Origin: an uncultured bacterium
Lineage (GTDB): Bacteria > Acidobacteriota > HRBIN11 > JAKEFK01
Direction: 5' to 3'
Length of the DNA stretch: 64,000 nucleotides
NCBI GenBank assembly: GCA_963777505.1
Contig: CAVZQN010000003.1
Coordinates: forward strand, 512,001-576,000
The position numbers and the translations under genes are program-made. Below the pieces are notes generated by a model that did not search any database, was not told the origin of the DNA, and was given only the letters and a program-made list of their open reading frames with translations. The number at the start of each line of letters is the position of its first letter. Position 1 is the first letter of the stretch. Below are positions 28,212 through 38,700 of this stretch, piece by piece.

Positions 28212-28847
28212 ATGATCATTCGTAATAATCTTGCAACAGAGCCAGTCAAGAACTATTCGCTATATTTTCTCGGCTGTGTAGTCTTGTTTATTGCAGCTTT
28301 ATTGTTCACAACAATGAACATACGAAGCATGATGTCATGGCAGTCAGAGAGCGGCAGACTGCAAACGAATATATCCGCGCAACAGAACAAGAGAACTGAG
28401 TTTCAAAATGAAGCCGCGAAATTGCGCGCAAAGATCACGCTAATAAAGACTCCTCAATTCGTAAGTGAGGCTCAGTTCATGAGTAACGCAATTAAGCGGC
28501 GCACATTTTCATGGACGATGCTATTTGACGAATTCGAAAGAATTTTTCCGGATAACGTAAAGATGGTTTCTGTCTTTCCTCAAATACGAGACGAAAAGAT
28601 CAATATCAATATGGAAGTTGCCGGCAAGGCATTAAACGATATCGTAACCCTTTTTACAGCGCTTCAGAGTTCGCCTGCATTCACTGATGTGACGCTTCGC
28701 GGTGAAAGACAAGATAATGATGGCGTATTACATGCCAACATTTCACTGGTCTATTTACCCGAACATATTTCGACTTCTCCTCCTCAAACAGCTCCAGCAG
28801 TGATCGAACCAGAGGTTGGAGATAAAGATGAGTCAGCTGCACCATGA
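28212..28847 (+). CDS. pilN: PilN domain protein
   Basis: NLATEP, single TM, coiled coil, SWT.LFDEFE..FP..V and LQSSPAF.DV. Confidence 0.8.
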   Translation: MIIRNNLATEPVKNYSLYFLGCVVLFIAALLFTTMNIRSMMSWQSESGRLQTNISAQQNKRTEFQNEAAKLRAKITLIKTPQFVSEAQFMSNAIKRRTFSWTMLFDEFERIFPDNVKMVSVFPQIRDEKININMEVAGKALNDIVTLFTALQSSPAFTDVTLRGERQDNDGVLHANISLVYLPEHISTSPPQTAPAVIEPEVGDKDESAAP

Positions 28848-29410
28848 ATACTGAAAAACTGAGCATCCTGTTAAAGAAAGTTCATTTTGTCCGTATTCTA
28901 CTTGCGGTACTGGGTCTTAATCTTGCTGTCTGGGCGTTTTTGGTTCTTCCTAAACAGGATCGAATTGCCAGACTTCAGGATTCATACGCACAACTCCGAA
29001 CTCAGGTTGCTGCGGATCAAAAAGACGTAAAGGAACTCCAGTCACGTCTAAAGCATCTTCAACAGGCTCAACAGGATTTAAAAACCATCTATTCAACATT
29101 GCTTATTCCAAGAACAAGAGGCGTGACTGCAATTCGTTTGGAATTGGAAAGTCTGGCAAACGATTTACAAGTTCAACGACGCGATTTTACCTATGATTAT
29201 CAAGAACTTCAGGATCTTAACCTTCAACAGTTTACGTTGAGTGTTCCTGTTGCAGGTAACTATCGCAATATTCGGCGGTTTATTAACAGCATTGAGAGAT
29301 CTGAGCATTTTTTAATTCTGGATCGCGTTGACCTTTCATCTGAGAAAAAGGCAGAAGTATTGAACCTGGATTTCGTGCTGTCGACTTATCTGGTGAAAGA
29401 TGAAAAATAA
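28844..29410 (+). CDS. pilO: PilO/GspM-like protein
   Basis: TM plus coiled coil, V.GNY.NIRRFINSIERSEHFLILD. Confidence 0.8.
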   Translation: MNTEKLSILLKKVHFVRILLAVLGLNLAVWAFLVLPKQDRIARLQDSYAQLRTQVAADQKDVKELQSRLKHLQQAQQDLKTIYSTLLIPRTRGVTAIRLELESLANDLQVQRRDFTYDYQELQDLNLQQFTLSVPVAGNYRNIRRFINSIERSEHFLILDRVDLSSEKKAEVLNLDFVLSTYLVKDEK

Positions 29411-30104
29411 GGACACTCAGCCTGTTGTGGTAAAGCGTGTAGATCGCAAGCTCTATCTCTTGATCGGGCTTGCCATTTTGATTGCGTTTGTAATTTTGTA
29501 CCAGGCAACAAGCGGTCCTGCAGAACGTGTTACTGTAACAAACAAGTCGCAACCTTCGAAATCCGGAAGTAAACCGAAACAAGTCAAGAGTACAAATCCT
29601 TTGCATACAGAAGACCCTAGCATTTTGCCTCAGCTTGAAAAGGATGCGAAAGAATTTGAAAATGAAAAGCGGAACTTATTTGCATATTATGTTCCGGCAC
29701 CGCCGCCACCACCACCGCCACCAAAACCCGTTTGCGGTGATGGAACATGTAATGGATCAGAGACTTTTGAGAGTTGTGCTTCGGATTGTCCGCCGCCACC
29801 GCCGCCCCCTGTTTGCGGCGACAAGAAATGTGAAGGAAATGAAAATTACACAACTTGTGAAAGCGATTGTGATCCACCGCCGCCGCCGGAAATTTCACTG
29901 AAGTACATCGGCTTCTTAACAGATCATGAGGGTCCAGTTGCGTTCTTAACTGATGGCAAGGAAGTGTTTATGGGGCGGGTCGATGATATTATCGCAAACC
30001 GGTACCTTGTGGTAAAAATCACTGAAGAAGGCGTTGAACTTGGCTATGTTAATTTAAAGACCAAACAGAGCAAAACCATTCCGTTTTCGGGTAGTAAAAG
30101 CTAG
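29400..30104 (+). CDS. PilP/GspC-like protein with poly-Pro linkers and two Cys-rich repeats
   Basis: TM, RNLF, PPPP runs, CGDGTC...C..DC twice, C-terminal LKYIG...AFL...G..F..RY.VVKI; located between pilO and the secretin. Confidence 0.65.
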   Translation: MKNKDTQPVVVKRVDRKLYLLIGLAILIAFVILYQATSGPAERVTVTNKSQPSKSGSKPKQVKSTNPLHTEDPSILPQLEKDAKEFENEKRNLFAYYVPAPPPPPPPPKPVCGDGTCNGSETFESCASDCPPPPPPPVCGDKKCEGNENYTTCESDCDPPPPPEISLKYIGFLTDHEGPVAFLTDGKEVFMGRVDDIIANRYLVVKITEEGVELGYVNLKTKQSKTIPFSGSKS

Positions 30105-30113
30105 GAAGATAAT

Positions 30114-32624
30114 ATGAACCTATTGAACTCACGGAAGCATCGCCAGTTACTGTTGTCTCTGATTATTCTTGCACTTTTGCATTCGCTTGGATGTGCCGCT
30201 CAAAAAGCCTACCGAAGAGCCCAGGAAGCTACACGAAAAGGTGAATGGGATCGCGCTGTTGGGCAATATATGATTGCTCTAAATAATAAGCCGGATAACC
30301 CACAGTATCGAACAGGATTTGAAAGAGCTCGTCTTGCTGCATCGCAATTTCATTTTCAAAAAGCCAAACAGCTTGTTGAAACCCGGAATTATGAACAGTC
30401 AATTATTGAATTTCAAATTGCGTTGAACTTCGACCCCACCAACCAATTCATAACAAATGAATTGCTCAACGCGAGAAAAATGTACGAAAAGGACCTGAAT
30501 CGAAAGCAATTAACCGAAATTGAAAAAGCAAAAGAAGAAGCAAAACGAAAGATGCAGCTCTATAAGGTGCTGGGTCCTGAAGCGGAAACAGTTATTCCGT
30601 CTTTGCGGTTTCGGGATGATAGCTTAAAGCACATTCTTGATGCGTTGGGACAGCTTGCAGGAATTAACATTGTATATGACAGTGACTTTCGTGATCAGGA
30701 ATTTTCTGTTTCACTGGACAACATAAAATTTCGCGATGCGTTACAGCAGATTCTAGTTGCGAATCGTTTGTACTATAAGCCGCTGGATCAAAGTACACTC
30801 CTTATCGTTCCTGACAATCCTCAAAAACGCAGACAGTATGATGAGCAGGTCATTCAAACGTTTTATCTTAGCAATGCCGAGCTCAATGATGTACTCAACA
30901 TGGTTCGAAGCGTCATGCAAATTCAAAGGATTGCTACAAATCCTCAACTCAATGCGATCACGATTCGTGATACACCAGATAAAGTCGCTATTGTTCAGAA
31001 AATTATCGAAGCAAACGACAAGTCGCGTTCAGAAGTTCTGCTGGATGTCGAAATTTTAGAGATCGATCGGGATACAAGCAAAACTTATGGAATCAATCTC
31101 AGCACTTACCAGGTGTCCCAAAGTCTTGTAGTGAATGAAGAGCCCGGAGTAATTTTTGGAAACCAGATTCCTGCGATTGATGCTGCTTCGTGGCAATTTG
31201 CGATTCCATCAATCATCTATGGCGCTCTGGCAACAGATCAACGAACTAAAATCTTAGCGAAACCTCAGATCCGTGCTTCTGAAGGACAGCAGGTAACTGT
31301 AAGATTAGGTGATCGAGTCCCTATTCCTGTTACAAATATCCAGGTTCCTGGACAAACTCCTTCGCCTATACCAAATGTTATTACCACGACTTCATTTCAG
31401 CTGACAGATGTTGGTATCAACATCGATGTAACGCCTCGCGTTCATCATAATCGTGAAATTACGCTCACAATGAGATTTGAGCTGACTTCGATTACGGCGC
31501 CAGGATCTGGAAGTTTGCCGCCAACTCTAGGTAACCGGACTGTAAATACTGTTATCCGATTGAAAGATGGTGAAACAAATCTTCTTGCAGGTTTATTGCG
31601 AAGGGATGAGCGGAAAGCACTTCGTGGTGTTCCAGGAATCGTTAATATTCCATTAGTCCGTGAATTGTTTGCGGCGAATGATCGCCAATTGCAGGAAAAA
31701 GATGTGATTTTTACGATCACTCCGCACATTTTGCGGACTCCAAATGTTACTGAAGCTGATCTCAGTCCTATTTGGATTGGAACGGAAGATGATATACGTC
31801 TGAAGTCAGCGCCTCCGATTTCTGTGTTTGAGCGGCAGGATGTCGGACCCCGAGATCAACCCTGGGAACAAGGTGAGGTTGGAGGTGAGCAAATTCCGGA
31901 TGATACTTCAACACAAGAACCTCCGGTTGGCGAAACTGCACCTCGAGATCCGATGGCCAAACCTAGAATTGTTCCGCCTTCGCAACCTCAACCAGCTGAT
32001 CCTGAATCAGAAGAAGAACCAGAACCTCCAACCAGTGTACCGGCTGAAGAAGTAGAGCCTGAAGAAGAACCACCGGCTCCGCAGGTTGAGGAAGATATTC
32101 CAGTTGAAGAACCGCCTCAGGAACAGGTTGAAGAACCACCTCAGCAGCAGGTTGAAGAACCACAAAGTCAGCGAGCTGTAGTTCCATCTGTCAGACCGCC
32201 GGAAAATGAAAGAGGTGAAGAGGTTCCGCCCGATGCAGTAATTTCGTTCTCATCGCCAAATGTGAATCCGCAGGTGGGAACTGATGTCGTTCTCAATGTC
32301 CAGGTCGAAGGTGCCGCAAAAGCGGGAAGTATTTCACTTTTCCTGAGCTTTGATCCTGCATCGGTTCAAATTAAAAACGTGATGCAAGGTCCATTTGTAA
32401 CTCCGGGTGCATTTACCAAGAGTTTCGACAATGCGCGTGGAATTATTCAAATTAATGCAAGCCGAAGTCCAGGTACGCAGCCTACCGGAGTCGCTGCAAC
32501 AATAGTTTTAAGTGGATTAAAGCCGGGCCAAACAACATTGAACCTAAATTCAGCAGTAGTTCGGGATTCAACTGCAAATGTGATTCCCGTGACATTTTTG
32601 CCATATACGATTGAATTTCAATGA
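30114..32624 (+). CDS. gspD: Secretin (GspD/PilQ) with lipobox, N-terminal TPRs, Pro/Glu-rich linker and C-terminal cohesin-like domain
   Basis: SLGC lipobox, GINIVYD, QTFYLSNA, EVLLDVEILE, ILAKPQIRA, DVGINIDVTP, LKDGETNLLAGL, ITPHI and C-terminal L.FDP..V. Confidence 0.88.
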   Translation: MNLLNSRKHRQLLLSLIILALLHSLGCAAQKAYRRAQEATRKGEWDRAVGQYMIALNNKPDNPQYRTGFERARLAASQFHFQKAKQLVETRNYEQSIIEFQIALNFDPTNQFITNELLNARKMYEKDLNRKQLTEIEKAKEEAKRKMQLYKVLGPEAETVIPSLRFRDDSLKHILDALGQLAGINIVYDSDFRDQEFSVSLDNIKFRDALQQILVANRLYYKPLDQSTLLIVPDNPQKRRQYDEQVIQTFYLSNAELNDVLNMVRSVMQIQRIATNPQLNAITIRDTPDKVAIVQKIIEANDKSRSEVLLDVEILEIDRDTSKTYGINLSTYQVSQSLVVNEEPGVIFGNQIPAIDAASWQFAIPSIIYGALATDQRTKILAKPQIRASEGQQVTVRLGDRVPIPVTNIQVPGQTPSPIPNVITTTSFQLTDVGINIDVTPRVHHNREITLTMRFELTSITAPGSGSLPPTLGNRTVNTVIRLKDGETNLLAGLLRRDERKALRGVPGIVNIPLVRELFAANDRQLQEKDVIFTITPHILRTPNVTEADLSPIWIGTEDDIRLKSAPPISVFERQDVGPRDQPWEQGEVGGEQIPDDTSTQEPPVGETAPRDPMAKPRIVPPSQPQPADPESEEEPEPPTSVPAEEVEPEEEPPAPQVEEDIPVEEPPQEQVEEPPQQQVEEPQSQRAVVPSVRPPENERGEEVPPDAVISFSSPNVNPQVGTDVVLNVQVEGAAKAGSISLFLSFDPASVQIKNVMQGPFVTPGAFTKSFDNARGIIQINASRSPGTQPTGVAATIVLSGLKPGQTTLNLNSAVVRDSTANVIPVTFLPYTIEFQ
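32103..32171 (+). repeat. In-frame 24-bp tandem repeat (about 3 copies, VEEPPQEQ) in the secretin linker
   Basis: GTTGAAGAACCGCCTCAGGAACAG / GTTGAAGAACCACCTCAGCAGCAG / GTTGAAGAACCACAAAGTCAG. Confidence 0.85.
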
Positions 32625-33193
32625 GAAAACATCTGCAAACGATGGTAGGGGCGGCCCTTGTGGCCGCCCGGGAAAAATTGCTTACGAGAATGCGGGCGAC
32701 CACAAGGGTCGCCCCTACCAATCAGAAAGGGGTCACGTTTGTTGAACTTCTTGTAGTGTTGTCGGTTCTTGTCATTCTTTCTGCGCTTGCACTTCCTGTC
32801 GCGAAATTTTCTGTTCGTAGACATAAGGAAATCGAGCTGAAGCAGAATCTCCGCATGATACGGAATGCGATTGATGCATATCACGAAGCTGGTGTTCCAT
32901 CGACGCCTGGCGCAACTCCGAAAATTCAGGTGAAATTTGGAACAGATGGTTGGCCTCAGACTCTTGAGGCTCTTGTAGAAGGTGAAACACTCATCGGTGA
33001 TGCTACAGGAAAAAAGATCCGATTTTTGCGTCGTATCCCGCTTGATCCAATTACGAACAGTTATGAATGGGGATTACGCGCGAGCCAGGATGATAAAGAT
33101 TCAAAAAATTGGGGCGGTGAAAACGTTTGGGATGTATATTGCAACTCAGACGCAGTTAGTTTAGATGGAGTGTCAAAGTACAGCGAATGGTAG
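32621..33193 (+). CDS. Pseudopilin (GspG-like) with prepilin N-methylation motif
   Basis: KG|VTFVELLVVL, KE.EL..NL..IR.AIDAY and FLRRIP.DP; ATG overlaps the secretin stop (ATGA). Confidence 0.88.
   Translation: MRKHLQTMVGAALVAAREKLLTRMRATTRVAPTNQKGVTFVELLVVLSVLVILSALALPVAKFSVRRHKEIELKQNLRMIRNAIDAYHEAGVPSTPGATPKIQVKFGTDGWPQTLEALVEGETLIGDATGKKIRFLRRIPLDPITNSYEWGLRASQDDKDSKNWGGENVWDVYCNSDAVSLDGVSKYSEW
32645..32718. repeat. REPIN: inverted pair of GTAG-type REPs inside the pseudopilin leader
   Basis: GTAGGGGCGGCCCTTGTGGCCGCCCG (32645-32670) and CGGGCGACCACAAGGGTCGCCCCTAC (32693-32718), with a compensatory GC/AT change in the hairpin. Confidence 0.9.
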
Positions 33194-33200
33194 CAAAATT

Positions 33201-33611
33201 ATGAATCAAAAACTAAAACGAAATTCGGAGAGTGGTTATACACTCATCGAACTCTTAGTCGTTCTTGCAATTGTATCTTTGCTCGTCTCCATAGTACTGC
33301 CTCAGTATCGCTATGCACAGGATAAAGCGCGTGAAGCAGTTTTGCGAGAAAACTTGCAGCGCATGCGTGAAGTACTCGATCAATATTATCAAGACAAAGG
33401 AAAGTATCCCGAGTCTTTAGAGATTCTTGTCACTGAAGGATACTTCAGAAAAATGCCGATTGATCCGATTACACGAAGCGATGCAACGTGGCAGGTTATC
33501 TATGAAGATCCTGGAAACAATCCTGATCCCAACCAGACTCTAGGGGTTCAGGATGTTAAAAGCGGAGCTCAAGGTATTACCCTTGATGGTACGCCTTATA
33601 ACGAGTTATGA
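33201..33611 (+). CDS. gspG: Pseudopilin GspG-like
   Basis: SG|YTLIELLVVL, KAREAVLRENL...LDQYY.DKGKYP.SL..LV..GY; ATG 33201 preferred. Confidence 0.87.
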   Translation: MNQKLKRNSESGYTLIELLVVLAIVSLLVSIVLPQYRYAQDKAREAVLRENLQRMREVLDQYYQDKGKYPESLEILVTEGYFRKMPIDPITRSDATWQVIYEDPGNNPDPNQTLGVQDVKSGAQGITLDGTPYNEL

Positions 33612-34375
33612 CAATTTGTAAGATGACATTTCGGCGGTTTAATGAGCGCGGATTTACGTTGGCGGGAGCGCTTGCGATTATCGCGATTTTAGCCATATTT
33701 TGGGCATTGACTCTGCCGCTTTGGTCGCGGGTTAAACAACGAGATAACGAAGAAGAACTCATCTTCCGCGGCAGTGAGTATGTAGAAGCAATTGCAAGAT
33801 ACCATCAGAAGTTCGGAACATATCCGCCCGATCTTGAAACACTGGAAAAATTGAAATATATCAGGAAACTCTATCCGGATCCGATGACCGAAAGCGGTAA
33901 ATGGAAAGTCTTACATCCAGATGCACTGGCTCAAACCGGCGCAGCAGGTCAAATTAATTTGCCTGGCGGAAATACTAATAACAATAGCGGGAAACCCAAT
34001 CAGCAAAACGCCGATGATGATGAAGATGATGAAGATGAAGAAGATGATGATAATAACGGGAACCAACTTCCCGGTTTAGACAATGAAGAAGATGAGGATG
34101 AGGAAGAAGAAAAAGAAGTTGAAAGTGTTGGTCCGGTTGTTGGTGTAGTAAGCCGTAGCAAGAAAGAGAGTGTTAAAATCTATAACGGCCAGGCCAAATA
34201 TAATCAGTGGAAATTTGTCTACGCATTACAACAGCAACAACCACAACAACCGCCAGGTCAACAACCTCCAGCTCCACCGGGTGGCAAACCCCAAACAGGG
34301 GGACCTCGTGATAATCAGCCCCCGCCGAATCCTAATCCTCCTCCCGTTGACGATGATGACGATGATGAACGTTGA
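33608..34375 (+). CDS. Minor pseudopilin (GspK-like, lacks E5) with acidic and Gln/Pro low-complexity segments
   Basis: RG|FTLAGALAI, EEELIFRG.EY..AI, YP..LE.L, IRKLY.DPMT and V.GV.S.S. Confidence 0.75.
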   Translation: MTICKMTFRRFNERGFTLAGALAIIAILAIFWALTLPLWSRVKQRDNEEELIFRGSEYVEAIARYHQKFGTYPPDLETLEKLKYIRKLYPDPMTESGKWKVLHPDALAQTGAAGQINLPGGNTNNNSGKPNQQNADDDEDDEDEEDDDNNGNQLPGLDNEEDEDEEEEKEVESVGPVVGVVSRSKKESVKIYNGQAKYNQWKFVYALQQQQPQQPPGQQPPAPPGGKPQTGGPRDNQPPPNPNPPPVDDDDDDER

Positions 34376-34407
34376 GTTTAAAGGCTTCGTGACAAAATTC
34401 CGCTGCA

Positions 34408-35628
34408 ATGCTTAACCACTTGAAAGTAATCCTATCAATTGCGTTTTTCATATTTATCCAAATCGCTGATGCTGCGGATATTTACTATCCAGGAGCTGGA
34501 AATAATTGGCAGCGATACGCGCCAGAAAAAGCTGGATTTGATCCAGTGTTGCTAAAACAAGCCATCGATTTTGCAATTGCAAATGAATCTAAAGCTTCGC
34601 GCGACCTTGCAATCGCACACTACAGTCAAAGGCATGAGCCTCTAGGAGAGCCCGTTGGTCCTTTTAAAGAACGGGGTGACCTTACAGGAATTATTTTGCG
34701 GCATGGATACATTGTGGCTGAATGGGGTGACCCACATCGCGTTGATATGACATTCAGCGTAACGAAGAGTTTCGTTTCAACAACAGTTGGACTTGCCTTC
34801 GATCGTGGATTGATTCCGGATCTAAATCAACCTGTACGAGAACTGTTGGGGCCTATTTACCAACTGAACTCAGCGGCTTCAACTCAACCTGGCGACAAAA
34901 TTGGGAAATCAGAATTCATAAATCTTTTTGACACAGAACACAATAAAAAAATTACATGGGATCATTTGCTGCGGCAAACCAGCGATTGGGAAGGTACGTT
35001 GTGGGGAAAACCAGATTGGGCGGATCGCCCTTCAGAACAACCTGAGGAATGGTTAACAAGAAAGAGAAATGAGCCAGGCACCACATACAAATACAATGAT
35101 GTTCGCGTAAATGTTCTTGCTCTTGCGGCGTTAAACATTTGGAAGCGTCCACTGCCCGAAGTCTTGAAAGAGTATGTGATGGACCCTATTGAAGCTTCAC
35201 CCACCTGGCAATGGCATGGATATGAAAACTCCTGGGTGTTAATCTCCGGAAAAGCTGTTCAATCTGTAAGTGGCGGAGGACATTGGGGCGGAGGAATGCT
35301 GATTAATGCACGCGATATGGCTCGCTTTGGTTATTTAACACTTCGGCGAGGCAAATGGAAAAACCAACAGCTTCTTTCGGAAGCATGGGTCAAAATGGCA
35401 TTAACACCTACAACGCCAGAGCCAACTTATGGATTTATGAATTGGTTTCTTAATACTAATCAAAAGTTATATCCTTCAGCTCCTGCAACTTCGTTTGCTC
35501 ATCTTGGAAATGGAACCAATATGATCTATGTCGATCCGCAAAATGATCTTGTTGTCGTATGTAGATGGATCGCAAGAGATGCTGAGGATCCCTTCATAAA
35601 AAGAGTGCTGGCTGCAATTCGGAAGTGA
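34408..35628 (+). CDS. Serine hydrolase, beta-lactamase class C-like
   Basis: Signal peptide, FSVTKS (SxxK), HLL.QTS, YKYND, ARDMARFG and HLG. Confidence 0.88.
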   Translation: MLNHLKVILSIAFFIFIQIADAADIYYPGAGNNWQRYAPEKAGFDPVLLKQAIDFAIANESKASRDLAIAHYSQRHEPLGEPVGPFKERGDLTGIILRHGYIVAEWGDPHRVDMTFSVTKSFVSTTVGLAFDRGLIPDLNQPVRELLGPIYQLNSAASTQPGDKIGKSEFINLFDTEHNKKITWDHLLRQTSDWEGTLWGKPDWADRPSEQPEEWLTRKRNEPGTTYKYNDVRVNVLALAALNIWKRPLPEVLKEYVMDPIEASPTWQWHGYENSWVLISGKAVQSVSGGGHWGGGMLINARDMARFGYLTLRRGKWKNQQLLSEAWVKMALTPTTPEPTYGFMNWFLNTNQKLYPSAPATSFAHLGNGTNMIYVDPQNDLVVVCRWIARDAEDPFIKRVLAAIRK

Positions 35629-35723
35629 TGCCGGATAAGTTTAAGAGGAATAAGGGCTTAAAGATACAATGTCTGCACTCGATTGTGTGTTCCTCTTTTG
35701 TTGAATTGCCCTATATTTAGTTC

Positions 35724-38700
35724 ATGAGGATGATCAAACGAATTGGGATGGTTTTGGGCATCCTCCTGGTTTTGGGCATCCTCCTCGTCTCGATTATTCA
35801 CATACCGGCTGTTCAGATGGTAGTGTGGTCAAAAATTCAAGACCATCTGCGGTCCGAATACAACGTTATCGTTGAGGCAGACAGTCTGAAGTTCAGTTTA
35901 TTTTCTGGACTTCAAGCAGAAATAAGAAAGCTAAAGATCTTAGGTGGTCCTCAAAATCAACAACAATTTGCAATTGCTGATATTGTGCGGGTTTACTCGC
36001 CTCTTTCTATCCTTTGGTCATCAGACAAAATTATAGAAAAAATCCAAATTGAGAATCCCGATGTAAATGCGGACTATCCTCCAAATCTAAGAGAGCAAGG
36101 AAAACAAGAAGATTCCGGAACGTTTGAAATCAAAGCAATTGAAATCTTAGGCGGGAAGGCCCGTTTTGCACAGTATCAAATTGATGAACTGCAATTGAAT
36201 TCTTCCCTGGAAGGGAATGCGCTTGTAATAAAAAATCTCATCGCAAAAGCATATGGCGCAACACTTCAAGCCAATGGGAGAATCAATGACATTGCAAATC
36301 TTCGTTATGATCTAAGTTTTAATCTAAATGGTGATGCTTCTGTTGTTAAGGCATTGGCGCCTGAAGCACCATCAGTAACAGGACCTATTGCAGCTTCCGG
36401 AAAAATCGGCGGTTCAAAAAGTGACATTGTCATTGAAGGGACTGCGCAATCATCCAACCTTCGTATGGAACAAAGTTCACCTTTTCAAGCGCAAGGACAA
36501 TATCGAATTAATATGGCTGAAAAGCTCCGGCCTTTTGATATTGAACTTCGCTGGTCTGATTTGCCGATCTCAGCATTTCAGAAATTTGTTCCTCAATTGC
36601 CATCAGTTGCCAGTTTTTCCAATGGCACGCTTCATTACAAGGGAGGCTCTGATCCTTTAGCTGCGGAAGGGACTATCACAACACAATTGAAGCCTGGTGG
36701 AACAGGTGTTTTACCCGTTGCAGGAAATATTCAGGGAAATCTAACAAATGGGTCATTGGTCTTGCGCGATAGCAATCTAGCATTCCATTCTTCCTCTGCG
36801 ACATTTTCAGGAACGGTTTATCAAAATTCTTTGAACATGGACGTTCAAGCGAAGATAGGGCGCATGTCTGATCTGGCAGTTTTTTCACCAGATCTGAGAA
36901 AGATTCCCGGATCGTATCGAGTAAACGCTGCAGTGAAAGGACCATTTAAAGATTTGTTCCTACAAGGTGTTGTGAATGGAGCCGGGTCAGGAATGAATCT
37001 CACGGCAAATGGATCGTTCCAAACCGGATCTGAATTAATCGATGCGACGGTTCGTGGAAACTTCGATGGGTCAGCGTTGCGAATAGTTTGATGTAGGCAA
37101 TGTGGCTGGCAATTTTGAATTGGATACTACGATTCGCGGTTCCGTTTCGAGCCCAAAGTTAGACGGAACATTGAATGGCAACAATGTGAACCTGAATGAT
37201 ATTGCTGTCGGCAGTGTCAATGCGGAATTTAATAGTGATGGCCGAACGCTCTATGCGAAAGCAGATATTCCTGAGTTCGCTTCAGTCGTGAATGGCTCAT
37301 ACGTTTGGAAGACCTCTGAGTTTCAACTAGATGCAACAGCTTCCGATCTGAACACAGAACAGATTAGGCCGTTGTTACCTGCGACGGCCAGCGAAGTTAC
37401 AGGAACAGTGAATGCCACACTTCATGCAGTTGGAAACGCGAAACGTTGGAGAAATGCGGATGCCGAACTAAAGATTGAATCTGCAAAACTGACTTGGAAT
37501 GATTTTCCAATCGAATTGGAATCCGGTTCCAGTGCACGAATGGAGCAAGGTGTTGTCACAGCAAATCTAAGTTCAAAAATTGGCAGCGGTAACGCAACGT
37601 TAAACGGAACGTATCGACTCTCTGACAATCAATACAAAGTCTCCGGCAATCTCGACAATATCAGGATCGATGAAATTCGCCCACTGGCGCCGCAAATTCC
37701 CCCAGATCTGAATGGGAATATTACAGCTTCCATAAACGCAACGGGAAATGCAAAAAATTGGAAAGATTCAGAAGCCGAAGTTCAATTTCAAGAAGCTTTC
37801 TTTACAAAAGAAAATCTGGAAATTCGTGTTCGCGAAAACAGCACGATGATATTGCGTGATCGTATGTTAAACGCCGATCTGAATGTAATTCTTCCAGAAG
37901 GGCAGTTCGTGGTGCAAGGGAAGCTTCCAATTGAAGGAACGAGCGGTGCTGATTTGAGGATCACAGGTCAGGCCGATCTAAAGATTGCGTCCATGTTTAC
38001 TCAGGAATTTGTTCTTTCTGGAAAATCAGATATTGATTTGCGGGTTCAGGGCAATCTGACAAAACCGCAAATTTCCGGTGACATTAAAGCAGAAAATTTT
38101 GTTGCACAGATGCCTTCACGTCAACTTGTGCTGCGTGGTGATTCATTGAACGCTCGTTTTTCGGGTGAAGAGATCCAACTCTCCCTCAACGGTGCATTGA
38201 ATGATTCGGGTTTGAAGGTTGAAGGCGTTGTTCCGTTAACTGAAGCCCGAGAAGGAAACATCAATATCAATCTGGATTCTTTTAACTTGCGAACACTGGC
38301 TCCTCAGTCTGATTTGAGCGGAACTATTTCAATTGCTGTACAAGCTCACGGGACTGGAATCAAACCCGAATTGTGGACAGCTGATGCAGAAATCAAACTT
38401 CAGGAAGTTCAACTTGATGAAACGCCGGTACAATCCAACGATAGTCTCAAAATACACCTCACTCAACAGCGCATTACGATTGAACCGTTTCAGTTGAAAG
38501 CAGGAGAATCTTTGAATCTCTCGATCGATGGAACTGCAGACTTTAAGAGTGAGTCTCTCCAGGCGAATATCAAGAGCGAAGTGGATCTACTTTTTCTCCG
38601 AAATCTCATTCAAGATTTCAATGGAAGCGGAAAACTTGTCGCAGAAGTTAAAGCAAGCGGTTCTATCAAGGATCCTCAAATGTCTGGCCTCATCACGCTC

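Noticed and set aside
34010-34370. GAT/GAA and CAA/CCG runs as a repeat element
   Set aside because: They are explained by Asp/Glu- and Gln/Pro-rich low-complexity coding within the minor pseudopilin.
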